Shown piece by piece: positions 1-11,550 of a stretch of DNA of 64,000 bases. Under the pieces are notes generated by a model, which saw only the letters and a list, made by a program, of their open reading frames with translations, made no database searches and was not told the origin of the DNA. The DNA comes from Desulfobacterales bacterium (lineage in GTDB: Bacteria > Desulfobacterota > Desulfobacteria > Desulfobacterales > UBA5616). Every line of letters begins with the position of its first letter. The first letter of the stretch is position 1. Made by a program: the position numbers and the translations under genes. The DNA is taken from contig JAWODC010000074.1 in NCBI GenBank assembly GCA_046483495.1, positions 32,001 to 96,000 on the forward strand, in the 5' to 3' direction.

Positions 1-1512
<1,512 letters not shown>

Positions 1513-1597
1513 CGGTTTATTTTGCTGCAGTCAAAACGATCCTGCTTTCGAACCGCCGCACGTCGGTAAGAGAGCCATATACGGCATCCGAGAGGGG

Positions 1598-2470
1598 CTA
1601 TCGATACATTCGCTCGAAGTTTTCGATCAGCGATCGCGGTTCGGCCGACTCGGACGGTTTTCCCGAATCGATCTCGATCAGATGTTCGCCCCTGGTGCGT
1701 GGGTGGGCGGCTCGAATCATGCCGATATCGAATTGATCATCAGGAATCGTGACATCCCGATTTACGGCATCAACGATTATCTCCCGCACGTTGACCGCGT
1801 TGATGTTGAACTTCATGTGCATCGGATAACGGATGCCGTTCACTTCACGCCAATCCAGGAACACGATCTCCTTGCACGCCGGCTTACGTGCACCGCCTCT
1901 GTCCGGCGCAAGCCACCGAACCGGTAGAAAGGCTTCTTTGTCGAACCATATCTGCGGCCGGGATTCATCCGGATACCTGGCTCCGATGACATAAACGACC
2001 GAGCCATTGAACCGCCCGAGGCTGGATATGGATACATCCACCCCCAGTTCCAGCAGATGCTGTTGGAGGGCAGATCGTGAACGGCCGATCAGAAGATCGG
2101 GATAGCGTTCGAAAATCGATTCCTCGACATCAGAAAGTTTGCCGTCGATGACGGTTACGGAACGGCCGTTTGATCGCGCATAAACCCATTCCCGCCCCCC
2201 TTCCGATATTTCCATGCGATATTTGTCGGGGTGCTTATATGTTAAAATCTGAAAAAGTTCAAGCGAATGAGTGGATTCATGCGTCTTAAGCCGCTGCCGA
2301 ACCGCTACATTACCGGCTTTTCCCTGGTTTTTGACGTACATATCCAGTATGTGGGCGCCCTCCAGAACGTACCCGTAAGCGGCAGAACCCATTCCGATGA
2401 AGGCCGCTGCCGCCCCGATGACGAAAATCCGGTGTGTCTGCATGATTTCGGTTATAAACCTGATCATCAT
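1598..2470 (-). CDS. Exported LolA-like / outer-membrane lipoprotein-sorting family protein
   Basis: N-terminal signal-like segment; [34 protein letters not shown] segments typical of LolA-fold proteins; 4-bp overlap with eno stop. Confidence 0.6.
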   Translation of the reverse strand: MMIRFITEIMQTHRIFVIGAAAAFIGMGSAAYGYVLEGAHILDMYVKNQGKAGNVAVRQRLKTHESTHSLELFQILTYKHPDKYRMEISEGGREWVYARSNGRSVTVIDGKLSDVEESIFERYPDLLIGRSRSALQQHLLELGVDVSISSLGRFNGSVVYVIGARYPDESRPQIWFDKEAFLPVRWLAPDRGGARKPACKEIVFLDWREVNGIRYPMHMKFNINAVNVREIIVDAVNRDVTIPDDQFDIGMIRAAHPRTRGEHLIEIDSGKPSESAEPRSLIENFERMYR

Positions 2471-3744
2471 TTTGCGATGAAAAGCTCATCGGAAAACCGG
2501 GCTGCCTCACCCAGTTCTTCCTCGATTCTGATCAGTTGGTTGTATTTGGCAATCCGGTCGCTGCGGGACAACGATCCCGTTTTGATCTGACCACCGTTTA
2601 TCGCCACGACAAGATCGGAAATAAACGTATCCTCCGTTTCCCCGGATCTGTGGGAAATGACCGTCGTATACCCGGCCTGTTTTGCCATTTCGATGGCCTC
2701 TAATGTTTCGGTTACGGTGCCGATCTGATTGAGTTTTATAAGAATGGAATTGGCTATGCCGTTTTCGATGCCCTTTGCAAAAATCTCCGGATTGGTCACG
2801 AATATGTCGTCTCCGACGATTTGAATGGCCCCCTCCAACCGGTCGGTCATCACTTCCCAGTTATCCCAATCTTTTTCAGCCAGGCCGTCCTCGATTGAAA
2901 TAATCGGATAGGATTCGATCAATTTTTCATAGTAGTCAATCAATTCCTCCGCCGTAAATGACTTGTTTTCCGATTTCAGTTCATATCGTTTATTCTTGTA
3001 GAATTCATTGGCGGCGGCATCCATGGCGATTGCGATGTCCACACCCGGTTTATACCCCGCCTGTTCGACGGCCTTCATGATGTATTTAATCGCGTCTTCA
3101 TTGCTCTCCAGATCCGGTGCGAATCCGCCCTCATCCCCTACCGCTGTATAATGGCCTTCCTTTTTCAGAATCTCTTTCAGGGCATGGAAGGTTTCAGCAC
3201 CCATTTGAACGGCCTGCACCATGCGCTTTGCGCCAATCGGAACAATCATGAATTCCTGAATATCCAAGCTGTTGGCGGCATGGGCGCCACCGTTTACGAT
3301 ATTCATCATGGGGACTGGCAGATAACGGGCATTGACACCACCCAGATACCGGTACAACGGCAAAACGTATGCAGCGGCGGCGGCACGGGAAACGGCCATG
3401 GAAACGCCCAATATGGCATTGGCGCCAAGCTTGGACTTATTGGGGGTCCCGTCCAGATCGATCATTGCTTTGTCAACAGCAACCTGATCGGAGGCATCCA
3501 TACCGCAAACCGCCGGGGCGATAACGTCAACAACGTTCTTGACAGCGGTCGCAACGCCTTTACCCCCGTATCGTTTCAGACGCTTATCCCGCAGTTCGAG
3601 TGCCTCTCTGGAGCCTGTCGATGCTCCGGAAGGAACCGCCGCCCGCCCTGTTGCACCGCAGGCTAAAATCACATCCGCCTCCACGGTCGGGTTGCCCCGG
3701 GAATCCAGAATCTCTCTCGCCCGAATATCGATTATCTCAGTCAT
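2467..3744 (-). CDS. eno: Enolase
   Basis: [45 protein letters not shown]; start set at MTEII after GGAGG. Confidence 0.99.
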   Translation of the reverse strand: MTEIIDIRAREILDSRGNPTVEADVILACGATGRAAVPSGASTGSREALELRDKRLKRYGGKGVATAVKNVVDVIAPAVCGMDASDQVAVDKAMIDLDGTPNKSKLGANAILGVSMAVSRAAAAAYVLPLYRYLGGVNARYLPVPMMNIVNGGAHAANSLDIQEFMIVPIGAKRMVQAVQMGAETFHALKEILKKEGHYTAVGDEGGFAPDLESNEDAIKYIMKAVEQAGYKPGVDIAIAMDAAANEFYKNKRYELKSENKSFTAEELIDYYEKLIESYPIISIEDGLAEKDWDNWEVMTDRLEGAIQIVGDDIFVTNPEIFAKGIENGIANSILIKLNQIGTVTETLEAIEMAKQAGYTTVISHRSGETEDTFISDLVVAINGGQIKTGSLSRSDRIAKYNQLIRIEEELGEAARFSDELFIAK

Positions 3745-3986
3745 GGCATCCTCCTTGCAAAAATAAATTCCAAAAAAATCCCCGCCTCCCGACGGCGACC
3801 GGAAACTTGACAAACACCATATTTAATGATTACTCATAGCGGAAACATGAGGAAAAATCCGATTCGGTATGTGATGATTTCGCGCATCCATTTTAATGAA
3901 GACCGGTCGGCTGCTGTGTCAATCAGGGTTTTATATGTTCTTTACTGTGCTACGAATCATTTATTTTTTCAATTAAAAAAAACGCC

Positions 3987-4400
3987 ATGGACAAAAAAGA
4001 GTTCTATCATAAAGCACATCTTACGGTCGCGGCCATTCGCATTCTCGAGCATCAAAACGGTATGCCGCCGGCTGTCGACACGTTGAGTTCCATGCTGCGT
4101 TTTTCGCTGGAGGAAAGCCAGTACCTCTGCCGCAAACTCAGCGACTTAGGCATCATCGACATTGTCGAAGGCGCTTATGGAATGAAACTGTTTGTCAAAA
4201 ATCATCTCGGACTTGAAGATATCCCCAATTCCGTGGATGATTCCAGCCTTAAAGAAGACCTCGATAAATTTATGAGCTCAAAAAAAACACTCGAGAAAGA
4301 AATAGCTTCAATCAAGGCCAAGCAGGAAAAAAAGCAAAAAGACCTTTTCGCCGAAATAGACCGGAAGCTCAAAAAGTCGATGGATCCCAAATCATCCTGA
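3987..4400 (+). CDS. Hypothetical protein (possible winged-helix N-domain plus coiled-coil)
   Basis: 137-aa ORF; ...LCRKLSDLGII... wHTH-like segment, K/E-rich C-terminus. Confidence 0.7.
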   Translation: MDKKEFYHKAHLTVAAIRILEHQNGMPPAVDTLSSMLRFSLEESQYLCRKLSDLGIIDIVEGAYGMKLFVKNHLGLEDIPNSVDDSSLKEDLDKFMSSKKTLEKEIASIKAKQEKKQKDLFAEIDRKLKKSMDPKSS

Positions 4401-4445
4401 CCTGATGCTGTTCGAATCCATCCCCGCCGTGAGAGGAACAGACCC

Positions 4446-5222
4446 ATGAAATCCGTTATCTATGAAGTAAAAGACAAAATCGCAACGATTACCATCAACC
4501 GGCCGGAAGCACTGAACGCCTGCGATATGGCCACTTACGAACGCCTTGGAAAAGCATGGCGGGATTTTCGGGACGACGATGATGCATGGGTTGCCATTAT
4601 CACCGGTATGGGAGAAAAGGCCTTTTGCGCCGGAAGCGATATCAAGCAGAATTTCTCGGAGGTCCCTCATCCGTCGGAAGCATTCGATCCCGCTGCAAAA
4701 GATACCCTGACCCATGGATTGGAGATTTTCAAACCGATCATTGCCGCCATAAACGGCCATTGCAACGGCGGTGGCTTGGAATTGGCCTTGGCATGCGATA
4801 TCCGTGTCGCCGCCGATAATGCCCGGTTCGGCCTGGGTGAGGTAAAACTGGGCCTATTGCCGGGCGGCGGCGGTACCCAAAGGCTTCCCAGGGCCGTTAG
4901 CCTGTGCAATGCGCTTTGGCTTCTGTACACCGGAGAACGCATCGATGCACAAGAGGCTTACCGCATCGGTTTGGTCAACCGGGTGGTGCCGCTGCCGGAG
5001 CTCATGTCAACGGCGGCATCCATGGCGAAAAAAATTTTGGCGGCCGGCCCCCTGGCGGTTCGTGCGATAAAGCAGGCCGCAATAAAAGGACTGAATATGC
5101 CGTTGGAAGACGGGTTGCGTCTGGAGCAGAATCTTTTCCGCATGCTTCGCCTGACCGAAGACAGTCGGGAAGGCACTCGTGCGTTTGCCGAAAAGCGCGA
5201 ACCGATATGGAAGGCGCGCTGA
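4446..5222 (+). CDS. Enoyl-CoA hydratase/isomerase (crotonase family)
   Basis: TINRPEALNA, AFCAGSD, GGGLELALACD, EVKLGLLPGGGGTQRLPR; both catalytic Glu present. Confidence 0.95.
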   Translation: MKSVIYEVKDKIATITINRPEALNACDMATYERLGKAWRDFRDDDDAWVAIITGMGEKAFCAGSDIKQNFSEVPHPSEAFDPAAKDTLTHGLEIFKPIIAAINGHCNGGGLELALACDIRVAADNARFGLGEVKLGLLPGGGGTQRLPRAVSLCNALWLLYTGERIDAQEAYRIGLVNRVVPLPELMSTAASMAKKILAAGPLAVRAIKQAAIKGLNMPLEDGLRLEQNLFRMLRLTEDSREGTRAFAEKREPIWKAR

Positions 5223-5233
5223 ACACAATAGTT

Positions 5234-5377
5234 AGTGGCCATCCAGAAATAGGCTATTTCGAGTGAGTTCAAGGCGGGCGCAAGATCGAAACCACAGAAA
5301 TAGTGTGCTATTTTTAGGATTTCGGTTTTGCGTCCAACGCAGAAATCGCGTGAAAGAGCCATTTCTGGATGGGCACT
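5234..5377 (+). repeat. ~145-bp multi-stem hairpin repeat (MITE/REPIN-like), intact copy 1
   Basis: Terminal inverted arms AGTGGCCATCCAGAAATAGGCT / AGCCATTTCTGGATGGGCACT; inner 16-bp stem 5276-5291/5320-5335; homologous to 42246-42390. Confidence 0.85.
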
Positions 5378-5793
5378 CATCTGCTTAAACGCAGTATCGC
5401 CAGTATTTCCTCCTTGCTGAACAAGGTCCCCTTCCCGATGCCGGGACATTCTTTTTCAACCTGCCGCCATGTCAACTCGGACCGCAGGTTCTCGAACCAG
5501 AACGGAAATGTTCGACATTGAACCGGACGGACAGGATATATCCGGCATCCATTTTCGTAAAACAGACATCGCCCCCGGTCATCTTCACGGACGGAATAGG
5601 CATCCCGGTAAGGGTAGAGGTATCGTTCAATCACATGCAAAATGGGGGTGTGCAGAAAATCGGAGATGCTTTTAATCTCATTGTTTCCAACATAAACGGT
5701 GCCGGGTTCGCCGGCACAGCATTTACCGCATTGTAGGCAGGCAAACCGAATTCCCTCATCGAAAAAGTAGTGTCGCTTAAACAGGGCTTCCAT
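5377..5793 (-). CDS. YkgJ-family cysteine-cluster (CxxCxxCC) protein
   Basis: FACLQCGKCC, CLFY, CRIYPVRPVQCRTFPFW, CPGIG. Confidence 0.9.
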   Translation of the reverse strand: MEALFKRHYFFDEGIRFACLQCGKCCAGEPGTVYVGNNEIKSISDFLHTPILHVIERYLYPYRDAYSVREDDRGRCLFYENGCRIYPVRPVQCRTFPFWFENLRSELTWRQVEKECPGIGKGTLFSKEEILAILRLSR

Positions 5794-5861
5794 AATGCCT
5801 GCGACGGATAAGTTTACGTGATTTATGGAAGAAGGGCCTCGGTTGCCTCCTCTTTCCCGTC

Positions 5862-6320
5862 TTAATCGATTTCCGGGTGGGCGGCAGCTGCCTTTCGCTT
5901 CAGAACGCGAATGATTCTGGGGCGATATTCTTCTTTATTTCCCATTTCATTACCCGTTTTTTTGACAACCCAAACGGAAACAAAGAAAAAGGAAAATGCC
6001 AAAACCGCCGACAGCACGGAGGGGTCCATCAGAAACCGCGGGGCAAGTTTTTCACCAATCATTGCTCCAAAAATCATAAATAAAATAGGAAACAGATAAA
6101 GCATAAAGGTCGCTTTTAAAAAAGGCCGTGTATCGATCTGGATCACGACCTCGTCACCCTGTTTGGCCCCAACCCTGTTCACCGCCTCCACTTCCATGTC
6201 GTTGCCTTTCGTGGTGCAGGAATGTTGAGCGGAGCACGCGGCACAGGCTTCCGACTTCATGGTTTTAACCAGAGCCACTCCTTCTACGATTCTCAGGACC
6301 CTGCCCTGTTCCGTTGCCAA
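5862..6320 (-). CDS. rseC: RseC/MucC-family protein
   Basis: ACAACSAQHSC motif, GAKQGDEVVI, LYLFP then two TM helices; TTG start; follows RnfB-like gene. Confidence 0.85.
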   Translation of the reverse strand: MATEQGRVLRIVEGVALVKTMKSEACAACSAQHSCTTKGNDMEVEAVNRVGAKQGDEVVIQIDTRPFLKATFMLYLFPILFMIFGAMIGEKLAPRFLMDPSVLSAVLAFSFFFVSVWVVKKTGNEMGNKEEYRPRIIRVLKRKAAAAHPEID

Positions 6321-6335
6321 AATCCAACCCCCTTT

Positions 6336-8420
6336 TTATACGACGTTTTCCGGTTTTTCAGTGCGGTTTTTATCGCCATCGTTTTTATAACAGATCAATC
6401 CGCACTGCAAACACCGATCCGCTTCCTTTCCGGCCTGGGTTTCATCGAAACCCTTTTCGATTTCACCGGATTGCGCCAGCTCTTTCTCACCGGCCATCGG
6501 CATGATCTGCCGCGGAACGGGGGTTACACCTTCGAGCGAATCCACGTCCTGGTAAACCGACCGGGCCGTCAATACGTTCTCGGGCAGAAAAATTTCAATA
6601 TCGTACATAATCTTGTGAATGGTGGCCGCAGCCCTTCTGCCAGCGGCTATGGCTTTAATGGCAGCGGAGAAATCCGTCAACACGTCCGCTTCGGACATCA
6701 TTCCGACAGCATCGGCAAACAGGGGCAGATTGTAGGGTTCGAAAGCTTCCCAATGGACAGGACGGTTTGCCGATGAATTTTCATCCTCCATGGCTTCATC
6801 CGGCTCCAGTCTTTTAAAAATCAATTCAGGGAACCGTCCGGATGAGAGGATAAGGTTGTTCGCCTCAATGGACTCGGTGGTATGCGTTTGCAAATTTTCA
6901 ATCTCGACTTCACACAGACGGTCGGCTTCTCCAATCAGCCGTGTGACGGCGCACCCAAAATGAACCGCGATGCCGTCGCCTTCCAGTTTGTCCGCATCGA
7001 TTTGTGTGTCCTCGGCATAATGTTGGGGACCTTCCCTGAAAAGGATATGGACCTTGCCGGCTCCGATCGATTTTAAAATGCCGGCCGCTTCGACAGCCAA
7101 TTCCCCGCCGCCCACGATGACGGCATCTCCGGAAACGGACAGTCCGTATTTGTTTTCACTGCCTGATTTCATCACATCCAGCAGCAAGTATGCGCCGGGA
7201 ACGGCTTGTTCACCAACATGAACAGCTCCCCTGGCCAAGCGGCTGTCCCAGCCGCCGGAAGCCAGAAATACGGCATCGTATCCATTTTCAAGCAGAGAAG
7301 CCGCAGTAAAATCCGTTCCCATCGTTTGTCCCGGTTTCAATGCCACCCCGATTTCCCGAATGCCTTCGATATCCCAGTCCAGAACCTCACGGGGCAGCCG
7401 CTCCCGGGCAATTGCCGTGCGCAACAGTCCGCCCATTTCAGAGGATGCTTCATAAACGGTGGCATCGTGCCCAAGTCGGGCTGAGAAAAATGCCGTGGAC
7501 AACCCCTGCACCCCGCCGCCGATTACAGCGATTTTTCGGCCCGTGCTCGGCGCTTTGTAAGGCTGGCTCCGTTTTCCGGTTTGCCGCTCGTAATCCGCGA
7601 CAAATCGTTTCAGGTAGTTGATCGCGACCGGTTCGTCGACGAGTTTTCGGCGGCATTCCAGTTCACAAGGGCGTGGACAAATTCGTCCGATGACGGAGGG
7701 AAAGGGATTCCGTTCCTTTATAACCTGGACCGAGCGCTCATAATTTCCCAGCGTGATTTGACGAATGTATTCACGAATATCGATGCCTGCCGGACAGGCC
7801 CGCTGACAGGGTGTTGTGCAGTCATCAACCGTGTATTCAAGCAGAATTCTGCGCGTGACCGAGGAGAGCTTGATGATATGCTTCGGACAGACCCTTTCAC
7901 AGGTGCCGCACCCCGTGCACTTTTCGTTGTCTACGGCAGGAATGCCGTCGGGCCCCATGGTAATCGCATCAAACGGACAGGCCCTTGCGCAGGTTCCCAG
8001 TCCGAGACATCCGATCGTACATACTTTCATGCCGCCGCTGATCAATGCCGCAGCACGGCAGTCATTGATGCCGTTGTACAAAAATTTCGTTTTCGCTTCC
8101 GCCACACCGTAAGTGCATCCCGGCAAGGCGATATCCGGCTCTTTTGCCTCGACCGAGATTCCCAATATCGCAGCAACGGCCTCGGCGACATCCGCTCCCG
8201 CGGCCACACACGAGGTTGGTGGTGATTTGCCGGCCACGATTGCCTCGGCATTCGAACTGCAACCCGGAAAACCGCATCCGCCGCAATTGGCCCCCGGCAA
8301 CGCGTCTTCCACAGCGAGAACCTTTGGATCGACATAAACATAGAAAACCTTGGATGCGGCCGCCAAGAGCGTACCGATCAGGATTCCCAATCCACCCATT
8401 ATAATGACTGCTTCGATCAT
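6336..8420 (-). CDS. RnfB-type Fe-S domain fused to GltD/NfnB-like FAD-dependent oxidoreductase
   Basis: TM anchor, LPGANCGGCGFPGC, CLGLGTC..CPFDAI, CTGCGTC..CP; then PCQRACPAGIDI, GRICPRPCE..CRR, IAVIGGG, C-terminal RCLQC; start set at MIEAV. Confidence 0.9.
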   Translation of the reverse strand: MIEAVIIMGGLGILIGTLLAAASKVFYVYVDPKVLAVEDALPGANCGGCGFPGCSSNAEAIVAGKSPPTSCVAAGADVAEAVAAILGISVEAKEPDIALPGCTYGVAEAKTKFLYNGINDCRAAALISGGMKVCTIGCLGLGTCARACPFDAITMGPDGIPAVDNEKCTGCGTCERVCPKHIIKLSSVTRRILLEYTVDDCTTPCQRACPAGIDIREYIRQITLGNYERSVQVIKERNPFPSVIGRICPRPCELECRRKLVDEPVAINYLKRFVADYERQTGKRSQPYKAPSTGRKIAVIGGGVQGLSTAFFSARLGHDATVYEASSEMGGLLRTAIARERLPREVLDWDIEGIREIGVALKPGQTMGTDFTAASLLENGYDAVFLASGGWDSRLARGAVHVGEQAVPGAYLLLDVMKSGSENKYGLSVSGDAVIVGGGELAVEAAGILKSIGAGKVHILFREGPQHYAEDTQIDADKLEGDGIAVHFGCAVTRLIGEADRLCEVEIENLQTHTTESIEANNLILSSGRFPELIFKRLEPDEAMEDENSSANRPVHWEAFEPYNLPLFADAVGMMSEADVLTDFSAAIKAIAAGRRAAATIHKIMYDIEIFLPENVLTARSVYQDVDSLEGVTPVPRQIMPMAGEKELAQSGEIEKGFDETQAGKEADRCLQCGLICYKNDGDKNRTEKPENVV

Positions 8421-8503
8421 AAAGCGACCTCCGGACAAAAATTTGCCCGTTTTATTATGTCGTTAAAAGCTCAATATCCTTTTTTTTATTCGGGCGATAA
8501 AAA

Positions 8504-8857
8504 CTACCACGACCCATCCAGCCCTCGAAGCCCGTTCATGTACAAACGGCCGCTGGCCACGAACATTGAATACTGCGTTTGCAGAATAGGCACATTAAAC
8601 GATTCGGCCATCTCGATCACCCGTTCGCCGGGCATCTTCCCCCTGACAAATACGATGGCCCCGACCCCCGCCACCTTTGCGACACGCAGCACCCGTTCGG
8701 TAGGAACGCCTGTCAGCAGAACCGAGCCCTCCGCAAGCGCCGCTAAGATGTCGTCCATTAAATCGGCCGATCCTGCTGCGACGACCTCTTTGTCCAACTG
8801 GTCCTCCCCGACCAGAACCGTCGCCTTTAAGGTTTCCATAACTTCTCTGATTTTCAT
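8504..8857 (-). CDS. DRTGG-domain protein
   Basis: GSADLMDDILA, VLLTG, AIVFVRGK, MFVASGRLY pattern. Confidence 0.8.
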   Translation of the reverse strand: MKIREVMETLKATVLVGEDQLDKEVVAAGSADLMDDILAALAEGSVLLTGVPTERVLRVAKVAGVGAIVFVRGKMPGERVIEMAESFNVPILQTQYSMFVASGRLYMNGLRGLDGSW

Positions 8858-9108
8858 GACTTTACCCGCTTTTTTAAGGAAGCGCTTCCTGATTTTATCG
8901 CTTGGGTTTTCAGAAGCAGTGTTTTTTTCGGCATTCCCGATGTTTTTGTTTAAACCAATGAAATTACAACTAAACTTTCATTACCCAAAAAAAATGAATA
9001 TTTCACAATCACAATGAAATGTCAATGGTCTCATCCGGTTAATCTCCGGTTTGACGGCAAAAATTGACGTCCGCCCGGATCGGCCGGCATTCCCGGTCGT
9101 CCAATCCC

Positions 9109-9137
9109 TTGACGGAGCGATCATCGTCACCTATGAT
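9109..9137 (+). promoter_or_regulatory. Putative sigma70 promoter for PNP gene
   Basis: TTGACG-N17-TATGAT, 62 bp upstream of ATG 9200. Confidence 0.65.
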
Positions 9138-9199
9138 TCGGTTTGTTCACATTCTGTCAACCCTTAAAAGTAATGGAATCGATGATAGGCGGAGGGAAC

Positions 9200-10024
9200 A
9201 TGGATCAACGGGAAAAAGCCGTGGAAACGGCAAATTTTTTAAGGCGGCAGTGGAATGCAACGCCTCGAATCGGCCTTTTTACCGGCACGGGATTGGGGGA
9301 TACAGCGGGGATGCTCGAGGATAAAATTACATTGGATTACGCCCACATTCCCCACTTTCCTGTTTCCACGGTTCAGAGCCATCGCGGCAAACTCGTTTTC
9401 GGCGGCCTTTCCGGAAAACAGGTGATCGCACTTCAGGGGCGGTTCCATCTATATGAAGGATATTCAGCAGAACAGGTCACCTTCCCCATCCGGGTCATGC
9501 AGGCGTTGGGGGTAACTACTATCATTCTCACAAACGCATCCGGCGGTGTAAACCCCGGGTTCAATGCAGGGGATATCATGGTGATGATCGACCATATCAA
9601 CCTTACCGGTGACAATCCTTTGATCGGACCCAATATTGACGCATGGGGGGACCGATTTCCCGATATGACGGCTGCCTATGACCGTGAGCTGATCGCTCTG
9701 GCCTTGCAGGCAGCCGATAAACACAAGGCGCCGCTGCAAAAAGGCGTCTATGCAGGGCTTAAAGGGCCTTCCCTGGAAACGCCGGCTGAAATCCGGTTTT
9801 TAAGAACAATCGGCGCCGATGCCGTGGGATTCTCGACCGTTTTGGAAGTCATCGCGGCGGTTCATGCAAACATTCCCGTTCTAGGCCTCTCGATCATCAC
9901 CAACGTCCACATCCCGGATGCGCCGATTCCTGCATCCGTGGAGGACATCATTGAAACGGCTCGCAAGACCGGGCCGGCATTGGAAAACATCATCCGGCAT
10001 GTCGTTGAAGGGATGTCCGACTGA
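9200..10024 (+). CDS. punA: Purine-nucleoside phosphorylase (trimeric type)
   Basis: GTGLG, QGRFHLYEG, TNASGG, DHIN, GPSLETPAE, VGFSTV; start MDQRE after GGAGG. Confidence 0.92.
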   Translation: MDQREKAVETANFLRRQWNATPRIGLFTGTGLGDTAGMLEDKITLDYAHIPHFPVSTVQSHRGKLVFGGLSGKQVIALQGRFHLYEGYSAEQVTFPIRVMQALGVTTIILTNASGGVNPGFNAGDIMVMIDHINLTGDNPLIGPNIDAWGDRFPDMTAAYDRELIALALQAADKHKAPLQKGVYAGLKGPSLETPAEIRFLRTIGADAVGFSTVLEVIAAVHANIPVLGLSIITNVHIPDAPIPASVEDIIETARKTGPALENIIRHVVEGMSD

Positions 10025-10095
10025 AAAGGGGCACTCAAGCGGACCAAAGGTCGGCCATAACCGTGATAGGCTCACGATGTTCCAAGGCAAACGGT

Positions 10096-10602
10096 TTACG
10101 TTTCAATCAGCCGAACAATCGTGTCGGCCACCTGCTCCGGAGTCCGATCATCGGTGTCGATTCGGACATCCGCGGCCTGCTCGTATTTCGGCGCTCGTTT
10201 CTCCACCATGGCCGCCACTTCCTCGGTAAAGGTCATTCCCGGTGTAAGGGCCGGCCGCTGCGTTTCTTTCTCGATACGGGAGACGATCACCGGCACCGAG
10301 GCCCTTAACCAGAATACCGTTGCATTGTTCCGCAGGTTTGCGACATTCTCCGGCCGTTCGATTACACCGCCGCCGGTATCGATAACCAGATTATCCCGTT
10401 CCGCCAGTAATCGCACTACGGCGGATTCCATATCCCGAAATGTTTTCCAACCGAACTTACCCACGATTTCCGGAATGGACATGCCGGCCGTTTTAACGAT
10501 TTCATCATCCATATGGACGCACGGCATGCCGAGTTTTTCGGCAAGAAGCACCCCTACGGCACTTTTTCCCGTACCGCGATATCCGATCAGCACGATTTTC
10601 AT
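10096..10602 (-). CDS. aroK: Shikimate kinase
   Basis: LIGYRGTGKS P-loop, FRDMES, DTGGG, RPAL. Confidence 0.93.
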   Translation of the reverse strand: MKIVLIGYRGTGKSAVGVLLAEKLGMPCVHMDDEIVKTAGMSIPEIVGKFGWKTFRDMESAVVRLLAERDNLVIDTGGGVIERPENVANLRNNATVFWLRASVPVIVSRIEKETQRPALTPGMTFTEEVAAMVEKRAPKYEQAADVRIDTDDRTPEQVADTIVRLIET

Positions 10603-11465
10603 GTCAAACGCTCCATGACCGCCCGTTGCATCACTTCCACCGGAGCATCTTCTCCCGTGAATTGCTCGAATTGAAGGACCGCCTGGTTGATAAACATGTC
10701 CACCCCGGAAATGGTCATAAGGCCTTTGGCCGCCGCATCGGACAACAGTTTTGTTTCAAGCGGCGTATACACGGCATCGAATACGACCTGGCCGGACCTG
10801 AAAAGATCACGCGGCACCAGAGACTCTCCTTCACGGGGATGCATACCCAGGGGAGTGCAATGAACGATGATGTCCGCGCGCTCCATGGCAGCCGCCAATT
10901 GATCGCCGGCCGGAAAGCCGGTGTTCACCGTTGTATCCGATGCATCTTTTATATCCCGCCTCAACGTCATCCGCATGGATTCGTCGATGTCCAGAATGAT
11001 CAACTCGATCGGCGGAACCTCGAGGGCCAGGGTAAATGCAATGGCACGGGCGACACCGCCGGAGCCCAGCATCAGTACCGTTTTGCCTCCCGGTTCAACC
11101 CCGGCATCCCTGAAAGCCTTGAGTGCTCCCGGTCCGTCCGTCCCGAGCCCCCGCAATCGCCGTTTGTCATGGATTACGGTATTGATCGAGCCGATGCGCC
11201 GGTCCGATTCGGAGATGTCATCCACATATGGTATAGATGCTGTCTTATGGGGGATGGTGACGCTTAAACCCCTGAAGTTTTCAAGAGCGCGAAAGCCGGC
11301 CAAGGCATTTTTGATGTCATCGACCCGAAAGGCCACATAGATGAAATCCAGGTCCAGTTCTCTGAATGCGGCATTATGAACAGCCGGCGAAAGGCTGTGG
11401 GCCACCGGATTGCCGATGACCGCGCAAACCTGCGTGCCGGTTCCAACGGAAAACATATCCACCAT
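10599..11465 (-). CDS. aroE: Shikimate dehydrogenase
   Basis: GNPVAHSLSP, SVTIPHK, INT, TDG, GSGGVARA, DAVYTP, MFINQA; overlaps aroK start. Confidence 0.9.
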   Translation of the reverse strand: MVDMFSVGTGTQVCAVIGNPVAHSLSPAVHNAAFRELDLDFIYVAFRVDDIKNALAGFRALENFRGLSVTIPHKTASIPYVDDISESDRRIGSINTVIHDKRRLRGLGTDGPGALKAFRDAGVEPGGKTVLMLGSGGVARAIAFTLALEVPPIELIILDIDESMRMTLRRDIKDASDTTVNTGFPAGDQLAAAMERADIIVHCTPLGMHPREGESLVPRDLFRSGQVVFDAVYTPLETKLLSDAAAKGLMTISGVDMFINQAVLQFEQFTGEDAPVEVMQRAVMERLT

Positions 11466-11550
11466 AGCGTCTCCTGTATATCCGGGTCGACAGCGGATGA
11501 GGACGACCCTCAAAAGATTGTATCCGCAAATCCCTGTCGGATCGAACGGG

